Source: Sediminibacterium sp.
GTDB taxonomy: Bacteria; Bacteroidota; Bacteroidia; Chitinophagales; Chitinophagaceae
DNA length: 64,000 nt
Direction of reading: 5' to 3'
NCBI GenBank assembly: GCA_036758845.1
Contig: DAIOVU010000009.1
Coordinates: 10,166 to 74,165 of the forward strand
In this document: positions 11,234 through 20,335 of the stretch, piece after piece
How the letters are laid out: each line of letters begins with the position of its first letter
Numbering within the stretch: the first letter of the stretch is position 1
Made by a program: the position numbers and the translations under genes
Notes under the pieces: generated by a model
Told to the model about the DNA's origin: nothing
Databases searched by the model: none
Seen by the model: the letters and a program-made list of their open reading frames with translations, nothing else

Positions 11234-11624
11234 AAGATATGTGTCATGTGGCATTAGGTATAATAAGTGCAAATCTGTTTCCAGATGGCGGTTACACTAT
11301 TTACTTTTTTGTCTTGATACAAAAAAGTAACAAAAAAAATCAAGGCTGCTGAAAAAAAGCTAAAATTTACTGCATTCCGCTAAAATGAACGAAGTCTAAA
11401 GCCAAACTTTAAAGCAGCAATTGGGGCAAATGTGTCTTTCATCGCTTAACCAAAGCCAGACATCGTTCATTTCTTAACGCTTCATTCCGCAAATTTCTTA
11501 ACGCTTTTTTTCAGAGGCCACATAAGAATCAATAGGAATACTGTTCTGTGCTAAATCTACTTAATCTTGTGCATCATAAGCGGTTATACGGATTGGGAAA
11601 CAACCGCAGGCTATATTACGAATT

Positions 11625-11647
11625 AAAAAGCCCCTTGTGATAGGGGC
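11625..11647 (-). terminator. rho-independent terminator after hemD
   Basis: On the minus strand: GCCCCT-ATCACA-AGGGGC followed by TTTTT. It lies about 30 nt after the hemD-like stop. Confidence 0.6.
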
Positions 11648-11675
11648 CTGTTAATTTATTTTACGGATACCGAAA

Positions 11676-12482
11676 TTATTTTTTGAGTGCTTTGATCGAG
11701 CATAAGTACTGATCCAGTGCAGCAACCATACTGGGCTTTTGTGGTGATGGCACTTTGATCTCCAGTGTTAGTCCGGCTTCTTCCACTGCTTTGGAAGTAT
11801 TGCTTCCAAAAGCACCGATCACTGTTCCGTTCTGTTTAAATTCGGGGAAATTATCATACAGGCTTTTTACACCGCTTGGTGTAAAGAAGCAGATCACATC
11901 ATAGCTTTTTTCCTTTGGTCCGATCGCCGATTTGATATCATTGCTGATGGTGCGATACATAAATGCCAGTTGGTGCTCGCATTTATTTGTCTTGAGCCAG
12001 TTAACGATCTCATTATCCTGTTGGTTCTCGCTGCACACATAAAGGAATTTTTCGTTTTCCTTATGTTTATTAATTACATCGAACATGCTTTTATTGGTAC
12101 CATCGGCGCCATAAAACACTTTGCGTTTGCGGTAGAGGATGAATTTCTGGAGGTAGAGTGCTACGGCCTCGGTAATACAGAAGTATTTGGTATCCTGCCC
12201 GATGGTCACTTTCATTTCTTCGCACATACGGAAGAAATGATCGATCGCATTGCGGCTGGTAAACATAACCGCCGTATAGTACATGATATCGATCTTCTGT
12301 TTGCGGAAATCTCTTGCCGGAATACCTTCCAGCTTGATGAAGGGGTGAAAAACCAGTTCTACATTATACTTCCTTTCCAGATCAAAATAGGGTGATTTAT
12401 CGCTCTCCGGCCTGGGTTGTGAAATTAGAATTCGTTTTGCTGCTTTGGCAGCGGCTGAATTTTTTGACCCGTTTTTTAACAT
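11676..12482 (-). CDS. hemD: uroporphyrinogen-III synthase family protein (HemD-like)
   Basis: 268 aa with the two-lobed HemD-like pattern common in Bacteroidota (ILISQPRP...SPYFDLERKYNVELVFHPFIKLEGI...FTSRNAIDHFF...FFTPSGVKSL). Conserved synteny with the upstream DUF4271 gene. Confidence 0.75.
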   Translation of the reverse strand: MLKNGSKNSAAAKAAKRILISQPRPESDKSPYFDLERKYNVELVFHPFIKLEGIPARDFRKQKIDIMYYTAVMFTSRNAIDHFFRMCEEMKVTIGQDTKYFCITEAVALYLQKFILYRKRKVFYGADGTNKSMFDVINKHKENEKFLYVCSENQQDNEIVNWLKTNKCEHQLAFMYRTISNDIKSAIGPKEKSYDVICFFTPSGVKSLYDNFPEFKQNGTVIGAFGSNTSKAVEEAGLTLEIKVPSPQKPSMVAALDQYLCSIKALKK

Positions 12483-12507
12483 GCTGCAGTTCTATGATTG
12501 TGCAAAA

Positions 12508-13554
12508 TTAAAAACTTCCGTCTAAATAATTGATCAAGACCTTATAAATCAATACCAGCGGAAGCAATTCGACAGCGCAAAGGTACAGGAAAAAATGCAT
12601 CGCATTAACTTTCAGTTTAATCCGAATGGCGGTATAAGATACCCAGTAACGGTAAGCAAGTAATATTCCTACCAGTCCGGCAGCAATTACTAAAGAAACT
12701 TCCACCACTGTTGTATTGGCAAAAGCAAGGATCAATAGAAAGGGAATGAGTATAACACCCATCACTTTGTTAACAAGGAATACCACAAATATATAAGAAC
12801 CGGCAGCCTCTTTGGTATTAAACACCCAGCCGGCAAAAAGGAGAAAAAGGTATTTAACAAGATAGGTAAGCAGTAAAACTCCCGAACAGCCTGCTGCCAG
12901 CCACCAGAAAGAAGCATGTATCCAGTTTTTATATTGAATGAGTAAGGTGATATACAGACCCGTACTGATGATAAAAAGCAGATTGGTTAACAGTGAGGCA
13001 AGGATATCCTGTAAAAGCTGGTCGCGGGTTTGCTTTTGTCTGAGCGAGGTTTGAAAAAACAATAAAAATATATTCCTGAAATATTTTGAGAAAGCTGCGC
13101 GGATAAATGCCAGTATAAAGATCACACCTGCCATCAGGTAAAAAAGATCATCTTTATTCAACTCCTTCCTGTAATCGATGATCATGAATATGGCGGGCTT
13201 ATGCAGGGGCAGGAACGGATGTGTTTCATATTTCCGGTAAGTAGCGGTATCAATCATGATGGCAGGTACTGCATGCATGGCTGCTTTGCGGAGTGAATCG
13301 GCCAGCAGGCTATCCTGCAACACCTGAATTATCCGTAGTGAATCTCTATAAGATATTGAATCTGTTACAGGTTGTACTGCGCTATCAATAGCCTTTATTT
13401 GCGGTAGTTTGGGCTTTGCGGGTTGTAAAGATGGGGTTGCCTTACGGGTAGATTCAGTATTGGATACCGAATCTACCTGGCTAAAAGCAGCACAGGTGCA
13501 ACATAAGATGAAACATATCAGGATAACTCTCTTCAAACTGTTTATTTGTGGCAA
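12508..13554 (-). CDS. DUF4271 family integral membrane protein
   Basis: 348 aa. Signal/anchor, then a Ser/Pro-rich linker, then about 6 TM helices. Sits immediately upstream of the HemD-like gene, as is usual for DUF4271 in Bacteroidota. Confidence 0.65.
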   Translation of the reverse strand: MPQINSLKRVILICFILCCTCAAFSQVDSVSNTESTRKATPSLQPAKPKLPQIKAIDSAVQPVTDSISYRDSLRIIQVLQDSLLADSLRKAAMHAVPAIMIDTATYRKYETHPFLPLHKPAIFMIIDYRKELNKDDLFYLMAGVIFILAFIRAAFSKYFRNIFLLFFQTSLRQKQTRDQLLQDILASLLTNLLFIISTGLYITLLIQYKNWIHASFWWLAAGCSGVLLLTYLVKYLFLLFAGWVFNTKEAAGSYIFVVFLVNKVMGVILIPFLLILAFANTTVVEVSLVIAAGLVGILLAYRYWVSYTAIRIKLKVNAMHFFLYLCAVELLPLVLIYKVLINYLDGSF

Positions 13555-13658
13555 AAATATGGAGGCAGGAGCATTAATCGTATTTCTTCTTGCAGATCAT
13601 CTTATGGAACAAATCTGATAACACTAATTTTGCCCTGATTTAATCAACCGGTTTTGTA

Positions 13659-14786
13659 ATGGCAGGTATTTATATTCATATCCCATTTTGCAGGCAGGCC
13701 TGTTATTACTGTAATTTTCATTTCTCCACTTCGGGGAAGCGGATACCTGAAATAGCAGAAGCCATCAGGAAAGAAATGGTACTGCAGCAATCCTATCTGT
13801 CAGAAAAAGTTGAGACCATTTATTTTGGTGGTGGTACACCTTCGTTGCTGCCAAAACATGAGATCCAAAGCATACTTAACAACATACGATCTTTTTTTGA
13901 AGTGGATGTAAATGCAGAGATCAGTCTTGAAGCCAATCCTGATGATATTACAACCGATGCTTTACAGGGATGGAAAGAAGCGGGTATTAACCGATTAAGC
14001 ATTGGTGTGCAATCTTTTGCTGAGGCCGATCTGCAATGGATGAACCGGGCACATACTGCATTGCAGGCAACTGATTGCATTTTACTGGCACAGGAACAGG
14101 GTATCAGCAATATTTCTATTGATCTGATCTACGGAACGCCTTCATTAACTGATGAGCAATGGAAAGAAAATATTGCAACGGCCATATCGCTCAACATACC
14201 GCACTTATCCTGTTATGCATTAACTGTTGAACCCAGAACGGCTTTGGCCAAACTTATTGAAACAAAACAATTGGCTGATGTGGATACTGATAAACAGGCG
14301 AGACATTTTTCGATATTGACAAAAGCTTTGGCTGGCGCTGGTTTTGAACATTATGAAATTTCAAATTTTGCACTGCCCGGTTTCAGAAGCAGGCATAACA
14401 GCAGTTACTGGATAGGTAAACCATATCTAGGCCTGGGGCCATCAGCTCATTCGTTCAATGGCAGCAGCAGGCAATGGAATGTTGCCAATAATAGTTTGTA
14501 TTTGCAAAGCCTGGCAACAGGCATAGTTCCGTTTGAAGTTGAAATACTCAGTGAGGAACAGCGATGGAATGAATTTATCATGATCCGCTTGCGTACAATT
14601 GAAGGTATTTCTCTAACAGAGGTAAAGAATAACTGGAGTGAGCAGAAATATACAGTGTTGCTAACTGAAGCAGAAAAACATATTCAACGCGGGTACTTGA
14701 CTCTGGAAAATGATGTATTGAAACTTACTGCTGAAGGAAAATTTTTGGCCGATGGAATTGCTGCAGACCTGTTTGCAGATGTATAG
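13659..14786 (+). CDS. hemW: radical SAM family heme chaperone HemW (oxygen-independent coproporphyrinogen-III oxidase-like)
   Basis: 375 aa. CxxxCxxC cluster at the N-terminus (FCRQACYYCNF), GGGTPS motif and a HemN_C-like C-terminal domain. Confidence 0.9.
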   Translation: MAGIYIHIPFCRQACYYCNFHFSTSGKRIPEIAEAIRKEMVLQQSYLSEKVETIYFGGGTPSLLPKHEIQSILNNIRSFFEVDVNAEISLEANPDDITTDALQGWKEAGINRLSIGVQSFAEADLQWMNRAHTALQATDCILLAQEQGISNISIDLIYGTPSLTDEQWKENIATAISLNIPHLSCYALTVEPRTALAKLIETKQLADVDTDKQARHFSILTKALAGAGFEHYEISNFALPGFRSRHNSSYWIGKPYLGLGPSAHSFNGSSRQWNVANNSLYLQSLATGIVPFEVEILSEEQRWNEFIMIRLRTIEGISLTEVKNNWSEQKYTVLLTEAEKHIQRGYLTLENDVLKLTAEGKFLADGIAADLFADV

Positions 14787-14806
14787 TGTTAGGAAGAATT
14801 AATAAT

Positions 14807-14868
14807 GAGTAGTGAGTGGTCAGTGGTGAGTAGGATAATATATTTACCTCCATTTACTCACTACTCAC
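14807..14868. repeat. word-built palindromic intergenic element (GAGTAGT/GAGTGGT words)
   Basis: GAGTAGTGAGTGGTCAGTGGTGAGTAGG ... loop ... CCATTTACTCACTACTC. Imperfect hairpin made of tandem 7-nt words, lying between convergent hemW and gpsA. Confidence 0.6.
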
Positions 14869-14959
14869 GATTAACAGGACTTGGGTGCAGAGAAGCTTTT
14901 AGCTAAAATGACTTGTTTTAATAGCACAACGCATTAAAATTACACAGCCCCTTATCTGG

Positions 14960-15070
14960 TTAATGAGTTTTGCGATGTCCGAAAACATTGCGCAGAAGCG
15001 ATACCACCGCAAATGAAGCGATCAGAAACAGCAGGGTGCCCGGGCTTAAGAGTGTGAATGAAAATGGCAT
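14960..15070 (-). CDS. possible 36-aa hydrophobic small protein (unannotated, below the ORF-track cutoff)
   Basis: My own translation of the minus strand gives ATG at 15070..15068 and TAA at 14962..14960. Peptide: MPFSFTLLSPGTLLFLIASFAVVSLLRNVFGHRKTH (one TM helix plus a basic tail). It starts about 20 nt after the gpsA stop. No homology evidence. Confidence 0.25.
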   Translation of the reverse strand: MPFSFTLLSPGTLLFLIASFAVVSLLRNVFGHRKTH

Positions 15071-15089
15071 ACCTGAAGTTACGATTTAT

Positions 15090-16094
15090 TTACACGAGAA
15101 ATGTTTCAATTTTCTTAAAACCTTCGGCTGCGGGCAGGTGGTTCCACAGGATCTCATAAACAGTATCTGCAATGGGCATATCGGCCTTTACAGACTGGTT
15201 AATGGTATGAATACATTTAGCTGCATTATAGCCTTCCGCCACCATATTTAATTCGAGCTGTGCCGATTTTACCGAATAGCCTTTGCCGATCATGTTGCCG
15301 AATGTTCTGTTGCGGCTATATAAAGAATAGCAGGTAACCAGCAGGTCGCCCAGGTAAACAGAAGCCGCATAATTGTGTGCTGTTTCTGCACTGGTATTGC
15401 TCAGTTGCCGGAGGAATGAAACCATTTCGTTGGCGCCATTGGCGATGTATACGCTTAAAAAATTATCTCCGTATTCCAACCCATGTGCAATACCTGCGCC
15501 GAGGGCATAAATATTTTTCAGTACTGCTGCATATTGCACGCCCAATATATCAGTATTAACAACTGTATTCAGGTACTCTGTTTTAAAATGCGAAGCGATA
15601 GTGGAGGCTGTTGCTGCATCAATGCCGGAGAACGTGAGATAGGATAATTTTTCTGCTGCTACTTCTTCTGCATGGCAGGGGCCCAGTACGGTAAAATAAT
15701 CACTGAGCGCCACTCCGTAATGAATTGCCAAATATTCATTCAGCAACTGGTTACCTGCTGGAAGTATCCCTTTAACAGCAGAAATAATTTTCTTGCCATG
15801 AAAAGCGTTAGCCGGCAATTGTTTAATAACATCTTCTACGTATGCAGAGGGTACGGCTATCACCAATGCATCTGACTGTGCTGCCACAGCCTGTATATCA
15901 TTACTTAAATGCAATTGTGAAAGATCAAAGTAAGTACTGTTAAGGTAATGTGGGTTATGCCTTCTTTTTTCGATATAGCTGATGGTATCTGTATTACGCA
16001 CCCACCAATGAATGGCATTGCCATTGTCTGTTAAAATTTTGGCCAGGGCTGTTGCCCAGCTTCCGCTACCGATAATACCGAACTGCATCGTCAT
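15090..16094 (-). CDS. gpsA: NAD(P)H-dependent glycerol-3-phosphate dehydrogenase
   Basis: 334 aa. Rossmann motif GIIGSGSWATALA and a GpsA C-terminal domain (NLGDLLVTC-type LGDLLVTCYS, RNRTFG, EGYNAAK). Confidence 0.92.
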   Translation of the reverse strand: MTMQFGIIGSGSWATALAKILTDNGNAIHWWVRNTDTISYIEKRRHNPHYLNSTYFDLSQLHLSNDIQAVAAQSDALVIAVPSAYVEDVIKQLPANAFHGKKIISAVKGILPAGNQLLNEYLAIHYGVALSDYFTVLGPCHAEEVAAEKLSYLTFSGIDAATASTIASHFKTEYLNTVVNTDILGVQYAAVLKNIYALGAGIAHGLEYGDNFLSVYIANGANEMVSFLRQLSNTSAETAHNYAASVYLGDLLVTCYSLYSRNRTFGNMIGKGYSVKSAQLELNMVAEGYNAAKCIHTINQSVKADMPIADTVYEILWNHLPAAEGFKKIETFLV

Positions 16095-16145
16095 TCATTT
16101 AATGATTATACAAACATACGAAAGAGCGGATTACTCTAAAAAACA

Positions 16146-16168
16146 AACGGCAGGTTAAGCCTGCCGTT
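16146..16168 (-). terminator. rho-independent terminator after the efflux adaptor gene
   Basis: The minus strand reads AACGGCAGG-CTTAA-CCTGCCGTT followed by TGTTTTTT. It lies between the adaptor stop (16194) and the gpsA start (16094). Confidence 0.65.
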
Positions 16169-16193
16169 ATATTGCTAAATAAAACTGTGAAGA

Positions 16194-17555
16194 TTATTTT
16201 GGTTTCTTATCCTCAAATAATTTGTCTTTAGGAACAACTGTTACCAGGCTTCCTTCTTTCAGGGTTTTACTTACCACAGAATAAGGGCCCGTAATCACTT
16301 CATCACCCTCTTTCAATCCTTCTGCTATTTCTATATAGTTAAGATCCTGGATAGCTGTTTTTACTTTCACTTTTTTCACCCTGCTGTCTTTCTGCAAAAC
16401 AAAAACCACTTCTTCAATATCATCATCTGAGCTGGTTGATTTAGCTGTTGTTTGTTCCGGTTTCTTATCGTCTTTCTCATTGTCTCCGGGAGCTTTATCA
16501 CTTTTTCTGTCTCTTGTTGACACTGCATTAAGTGCTATTGATAAAACATTCTGCCTTGTTCTTGTCTGGATATCTGCACTGGCTGTCATACCCGGGCGAA
16601 AAGGGAACCCTTTACCAACTGCAGTGAGGTCTTTATAGGTATCTGGCAACAGGCGTATATGCACTTTATAATTTGTTACATCTGCAGTTGATGTGCCGGA
16701 ACTTACGGTATTCGGATTAGCAATTTTATATACCAGCCCTTTAAACTTACGGTTACCATAGGCATCTACTTCAACAATAGCTGTATCGCCGAGTTTTACT
16801 TTCGGGATGTCGTTCTCGCCCACATCAACCCTTACTTCAATGCTGCGCATATCTGCTACGCGCATCATTTCTGTTCCTATATTAAAGCTGTTACCGGCCA
16901 CGCGCTCACCTTTTTTCACATTCATCAAACTCACCATTCCATCCATTGGAGAGGTGATCACTGTTCTGGAAAGATCTTTATCAGCCTTTGATAATTGTGC
17001 CTGCGCACTCTGTATAGAGGCTTCGCTGCTTTTCAGTCCTTCTTTAGCTGCTGTGTAATTAGCCTGGGCGGTAAGATAGTTTTGTTCAGACTGTTCAAAC
17101 TCGGCACGTGAAATAACTTTATCGTTGTATAATTTTTTCTGACGGTCGAATATATTTTTCAGGTTATCCAATGTAGCTTTTAATCCAACCATGCTTGCTG
17201 CTGAATTGGATAATTGTGCTTTTGTCTGGTTAACGCCCGCTACTACCTGGTCGCGCTGTGTAAGATAGATATCTGCATATATTCTTGCCAGGATCTGTCC
17301 CTTTCTTACACTGTCGCCTTCGTTAACATTCAGTTCAACAATCTCGCCGCTGATATCCGGACTCACTTTTACCTCAATTTCAGGGTATACTTTTCCGCTG
17401 GCATTCACTGTTTCAGTAATAGTTCTGGCTACCACTTTCTCTGAAGAAACTTTGAGGCCTTCTTCTTTACCTATCATGCCGGCTTTTTTCATGCCGATCA
17501 AAGCACCGATCAAAACAACCAACGCAACAATGATCCAGATCAATTTCTTATTCAT
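16194..17555 (-). CDS. efflux transporter periplasmic adaptor subunit (HlyD/MFP family, MacA-like)
   Basis: 453 aa. N-terminal TM anchor, biotinyl-lipoyl-like hairpin (GEIVELNVNEGDSVRKGQILARI), long coiled coil, beta-barrel domain and a Lys/Asp-rich insert near the C-terminus. Confidence 0.85.
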   Translation of the reverse strand: MNKKLIWIIVALVVLIGALIGMKKAGMIGKEEGLKVSSEKVVARTITETVNASGKVYPEIEVKVSPDISGEIVELNVNEGDSVRKGQILARIYADIYLTQRDQVVAGVNQTKAQLSNSAASMVGLKATLDNLKNIFDRQKKLYNDKVISRAEFEQSEQNYLTAQANYTAAKEGLKSSEASIQSAQAQLSKADKDLSRTVITSPMDGMVSLMNVKKGERVAGNSFNIGTEMMRVADMRSIEVRVDVGENDIPKVKLGDTAIVEVDAYGNRKFKGLVYKIANPNTVSSGTSTADVTNYKVHIRLLPDTYKDLTAVGKGFPFRPGMTASADIQTRTRQNVLSIALNAVSTRDRKSDKAPGDNEKDDKKPEQTTAKSTSSDDDIEEVVFVLQKDSRVKKVKVKTAIQDLNYIEIAEGLKEGDEVITGPYSVVSKTLKEGSLVTVVPKDKLFEDKKPK

Positions 17556-17610
17556 AAAACATATTTTCTTTCGGCTGCATAACGCTTTTTGCGAACGGCC
17601 GTATAGTGAT

Positions 17611-19074
17611 TTATAATTTCAGACCTTTCCCTCTATAGAATTCAAGCAATTTCATTTTAAAAACATAATCGTATTGATTGCTGAGTTGCTGCATTTTTGC
17701 TTTTAACAGGTTATTCTGGTTGGTGATCAGATCGAGCGAACTTAATAAACCAACTTCGTAACGTTTTAATGCATAGTCGTATGCCTTCTGTGTGCTCTCT
17801 ACTGTTTTCTTACCTGCATTAAATTTCTGCAGGGCGGTAACAGCATTGGTATAAGCGGTATAAATATTCTGCCTCAGTGTAAGATCGCTTTGTTGTTTTT
17901 GCAACTCTGCGGATTTGAGATTTAATTTGGCCTGTTCAATACCAATTCTTGCCTGGCGGTTATTGTAGATAGGTATACTTAAGCTAAGACCAATGTTTTG
18001 ACCGAAGTTATTATCAAGTTGCTTACCCCATCCTTCCCATAACTGGCTAAAGTCGCGACTGGTTTGCGTAACCTTATACAAAGGATTCTGAACATAATAG
18101 TTCACGTTACTCAACGATATGATCGGCTCCGATCCTGTAATCGGGCTATAGCCAAGAAATGTGCCGCCGGCTATTTTTTTAAATGAATTGGAGAAGTTAG
18201 TAGAAAGGTTACCTCCTAAATTAATGGTCGGGTATAAAAATGATTTGTATACCAAAATACCTTTTTGCGCTGATTTGATCCGTAAAGCATTGGCTTTTTG
18301 CTGAGGTTGGTATTCCAGTGCCAGCGCATATACAGCTTCGGGCTGAAGATCGGCAAATGATTCTATGGGAATCTGGTCAACCGATGGTGTTTCTATACCA
18401 AAGAGTACATCTGTTTCAAGGTTTAGCAATGCACGTAAACTTAGCAGTGCCTGTTCATAATTGCCTTTGCTTGCATAATAATTACTGCTGTCAGTTGCCA
18501 GTTGCGCATCTACTTCTGCAAGGTTCAGTTCGGGTAAAACACCTGCATCTACACGCTTTTTAGTGATCTCGTATTGGTTAAGTGTTTGCGCTATCTGCAC
18601 AGAGCTGATCTTCATTTGTTCCTTTCCGGCCAGTACCTGGAGGTAATAGGTAGCAACGTTAAACGAGATATCGTTTGAAGCTTTTGCCACATCAGCCAAT
18701 GCCGCCTCTGCATTAAACCGGGCCACCTGTATAGAATTTCTTAAACGCCCGTAGTTATACAATTGAACCCCTGCATTAACACCAAAATTCTGGTACAGGA
18801 ACTGTGACGTAGAAAATGTATTGGTAGTAGGGTCGATGGAACGACCGAAACGTACGCCTGTGGAAGTACTTCCATTTAAGCTTGGGTAAAGATTATACTT
18901 TGCCTGTTTGGCCTGTAGTGCAGCTATCCTTGCCTGAACATCTGCCTGCTTGATGGAGATATTATATTCAAGGGCGTGCTCAATGCAATGTCGAAGGTCC
19001 CAGTTATCAGACGCCCGTTGTGCAAATACCTGGGAAATGATTGTGCAACATATCAGTGTCAAAAACTTCTTCAT
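17611..19074 (-). CDS. TolC family outer-membrane efflux protein
   Basis: The track ORF runs to 19083; the likely start is MKKFLTL at 19074. Signal peptide, then two OEP-type repeats with the long coiled-coil/beta pattern (LRHCIEHALEYNISIKQA...; ...YDYALKRYEVGLLSSLDL). Confidence 0.85.
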   Translation of the reverse strand: MKKFLTLICCTIISQVFAQRASDNWDLRHCIEHALEYNISIKQADVQARIAALQAKQAKYNLYPSLNGSTSTGVRFGRSIDPTTNTFSTSQFLYQNFGVNAGVQLYNYGRLRNSIQVARFNAEAALADVAKASNDISFNVATYYLQVLAGKEQMKISSVQIAQTLNQYEITKKRVDAGVLPELNLAEVDAQLATDSSNYYASKGNYEQALLSLRALLNLETDVLFGIETPSVDQIPIESFADLQPEAVYALALEYQPQQKANALRIKSAQKGILVYKSFLYPTINLGGNLSTNFSNSFKKIAGGTFLGYSPITGSEPIISLSNVNYYVQNPLYKVTQTSRDFSQLWEGWGKQLDNNFGQNIGLSLSIPIYNNRQARIGIEQAKLNLKSAELQKQQSDLTLRQNIYTAYTNAVTALQKFNAGKKTVESTQKAYDYALKRYEVGLLSSLDLITNQNNLLKAKMQQLSNQYDYVFKMKLLEFYRGKGLKL

Positions 19075-19158
19075 ATATAACAAAAATAACGGTTTCCCAG
19101 CCAGTTCCCTAAATTTTAGACAGGCGGAAAGGAATCACAGTAAAGCGTTAAAAAAGTG

Positions 19159-20331
19159 TTATGAAAGGCTGGAAATAGCATCAAGCGCCCCGGACAGGTC
19201 GGCAAGCAGGTAATCGGGCTCTTCCAGGCCTATATATAAGCGTAAAGAACGGTGATCAGGATTACCGGCATCAAATGCTTCGCAGCTCATTCCGGCGCAT
19301 TTGGGAAGGATGAGTGATTCGTGCCCGCCCCAGCTTACGGCCATCAATATGTGTTTTAATGATTCGCAGAAGGCTTCGATGGTTTTGCCGGAATTTGTTT
19401 TGAGGTGAAAAGTTACCAATCCGCAGGCCCCGCCCATTTGTTTTTTGGCCAGTTCATACTGGGGAAATGAAGGGTCGAGCGGGAATAGTACTTTTTCTAC
19501 TCTGGGATGGGATTTTAAGAAAGCCACTACTTTTTCGGTGGTCCGGGTAATACGGTCTAACCTCACAGGCAGGGTTCTTAACCCGCGGATCAATAACCAG
19601 GCATTGAAGGGTTGAATACCGGAACCGATGTTCATGTACTCGCTGTTAAAGATCCGTTCAATCATTGGTCTTGCCCCGCATAATACACCTGCAACCGTAT
19701 CGCTATGCCCACTGATATATTTGGTGGCCGATTGCAAAACAAGGTCAATTCCCAAAGCAATTGGTTTTTGATAAACCGGCGTGCAATAACTGTTATCGCA
19801 GATGGTAATAATGGAATGCTTTTTTGCAATGGCAGCAATGGCGGCCAGATCCTGCAGGTCTAAAAACCAGCTATTGGGTGTTTCAAGGTAAATAACGGTG
19901 GTATTGGATTGTATAGCTTTGGCAAAATTGTTTGCCTGTTTGCCATCCACATAAGTAACCGTAACATTAAACCGTGGCAGTATCACTTCAAACATGCGTT
20001 TGGCCCATGTGTAGGGGTTACTTACACTTACAATATGATCGCCGCTTTTTACATTGGCAAGCACGGCGGCAAATATAGCGGCGGCGCCACTGTTAAACAC
20101 CAGGCAATCTTCAGCCCCGTCTAATGCAGCAAGTTTTTTACGGAGTATTTCTACTGTTGGGTTCAGTCCGCGGCTATATAACCAGGTTGCGTATTCATTT
20201 TCAAAAGATTTGCGCAGGTCGTCAACTTTTTTAAAAGCGAAGTTGCTGGTTTGCATGATAGGCGGGGCAACTGCGCGAAAGTATTCTTCGCGGTCTTCTC
20301 CCAGCTCATTCAGAATATAGGAAAGGTCCAT
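19159..20331 (-). CDS. Cys/Met-metabolism PLP-dependent enzyme (cystathionine gamma-synthase / beta-lyase / methionine gamma-lyase family)
   Basis: 390 aa. PLP-lysine motif SATKYISGHSD and family-typical YSRGLNPTV and FNAWLLIRGLRTL blocks. Translationally coupled to the upstream permease gene (4-nt gap). Confidence 0.85.
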   Translation of the reverse strand: MDLSYILNELGEDREEYFRAVAPPIMQTSNFAFKKVDDLRKSFENEYATWLYSRGLNPTVEILRKKLAALDGAEDCLVFNSGAAAIFAAVLANVKSGDHIVSVSNPYTWAKRMFEVILPRFNVTVTYVDGKQANNFAKAIQSNTTVIYLETPNSWFLDLQDLAAIAAIAKKHSIITICDNSYCTPVYQKPIALGIDLVLQSATKYISGHSDTVAGVLCGARPMIERIFNSEYMNIGSGIQPFNAWLLIRGLRTLPVRLDRITRTTEKVVAFLKSHPRVEKVLFPLDPSFPQYELAKKQMGGACGLVTFHLKTNSGKTIEAFCESLKHILMAVSWGGHESLILPKCAGMSCEAFDAGNPDHRSLRLYIGLEEPDYLLADLSGALDAISSLS

Positions 20332-20335
20332 ATGC

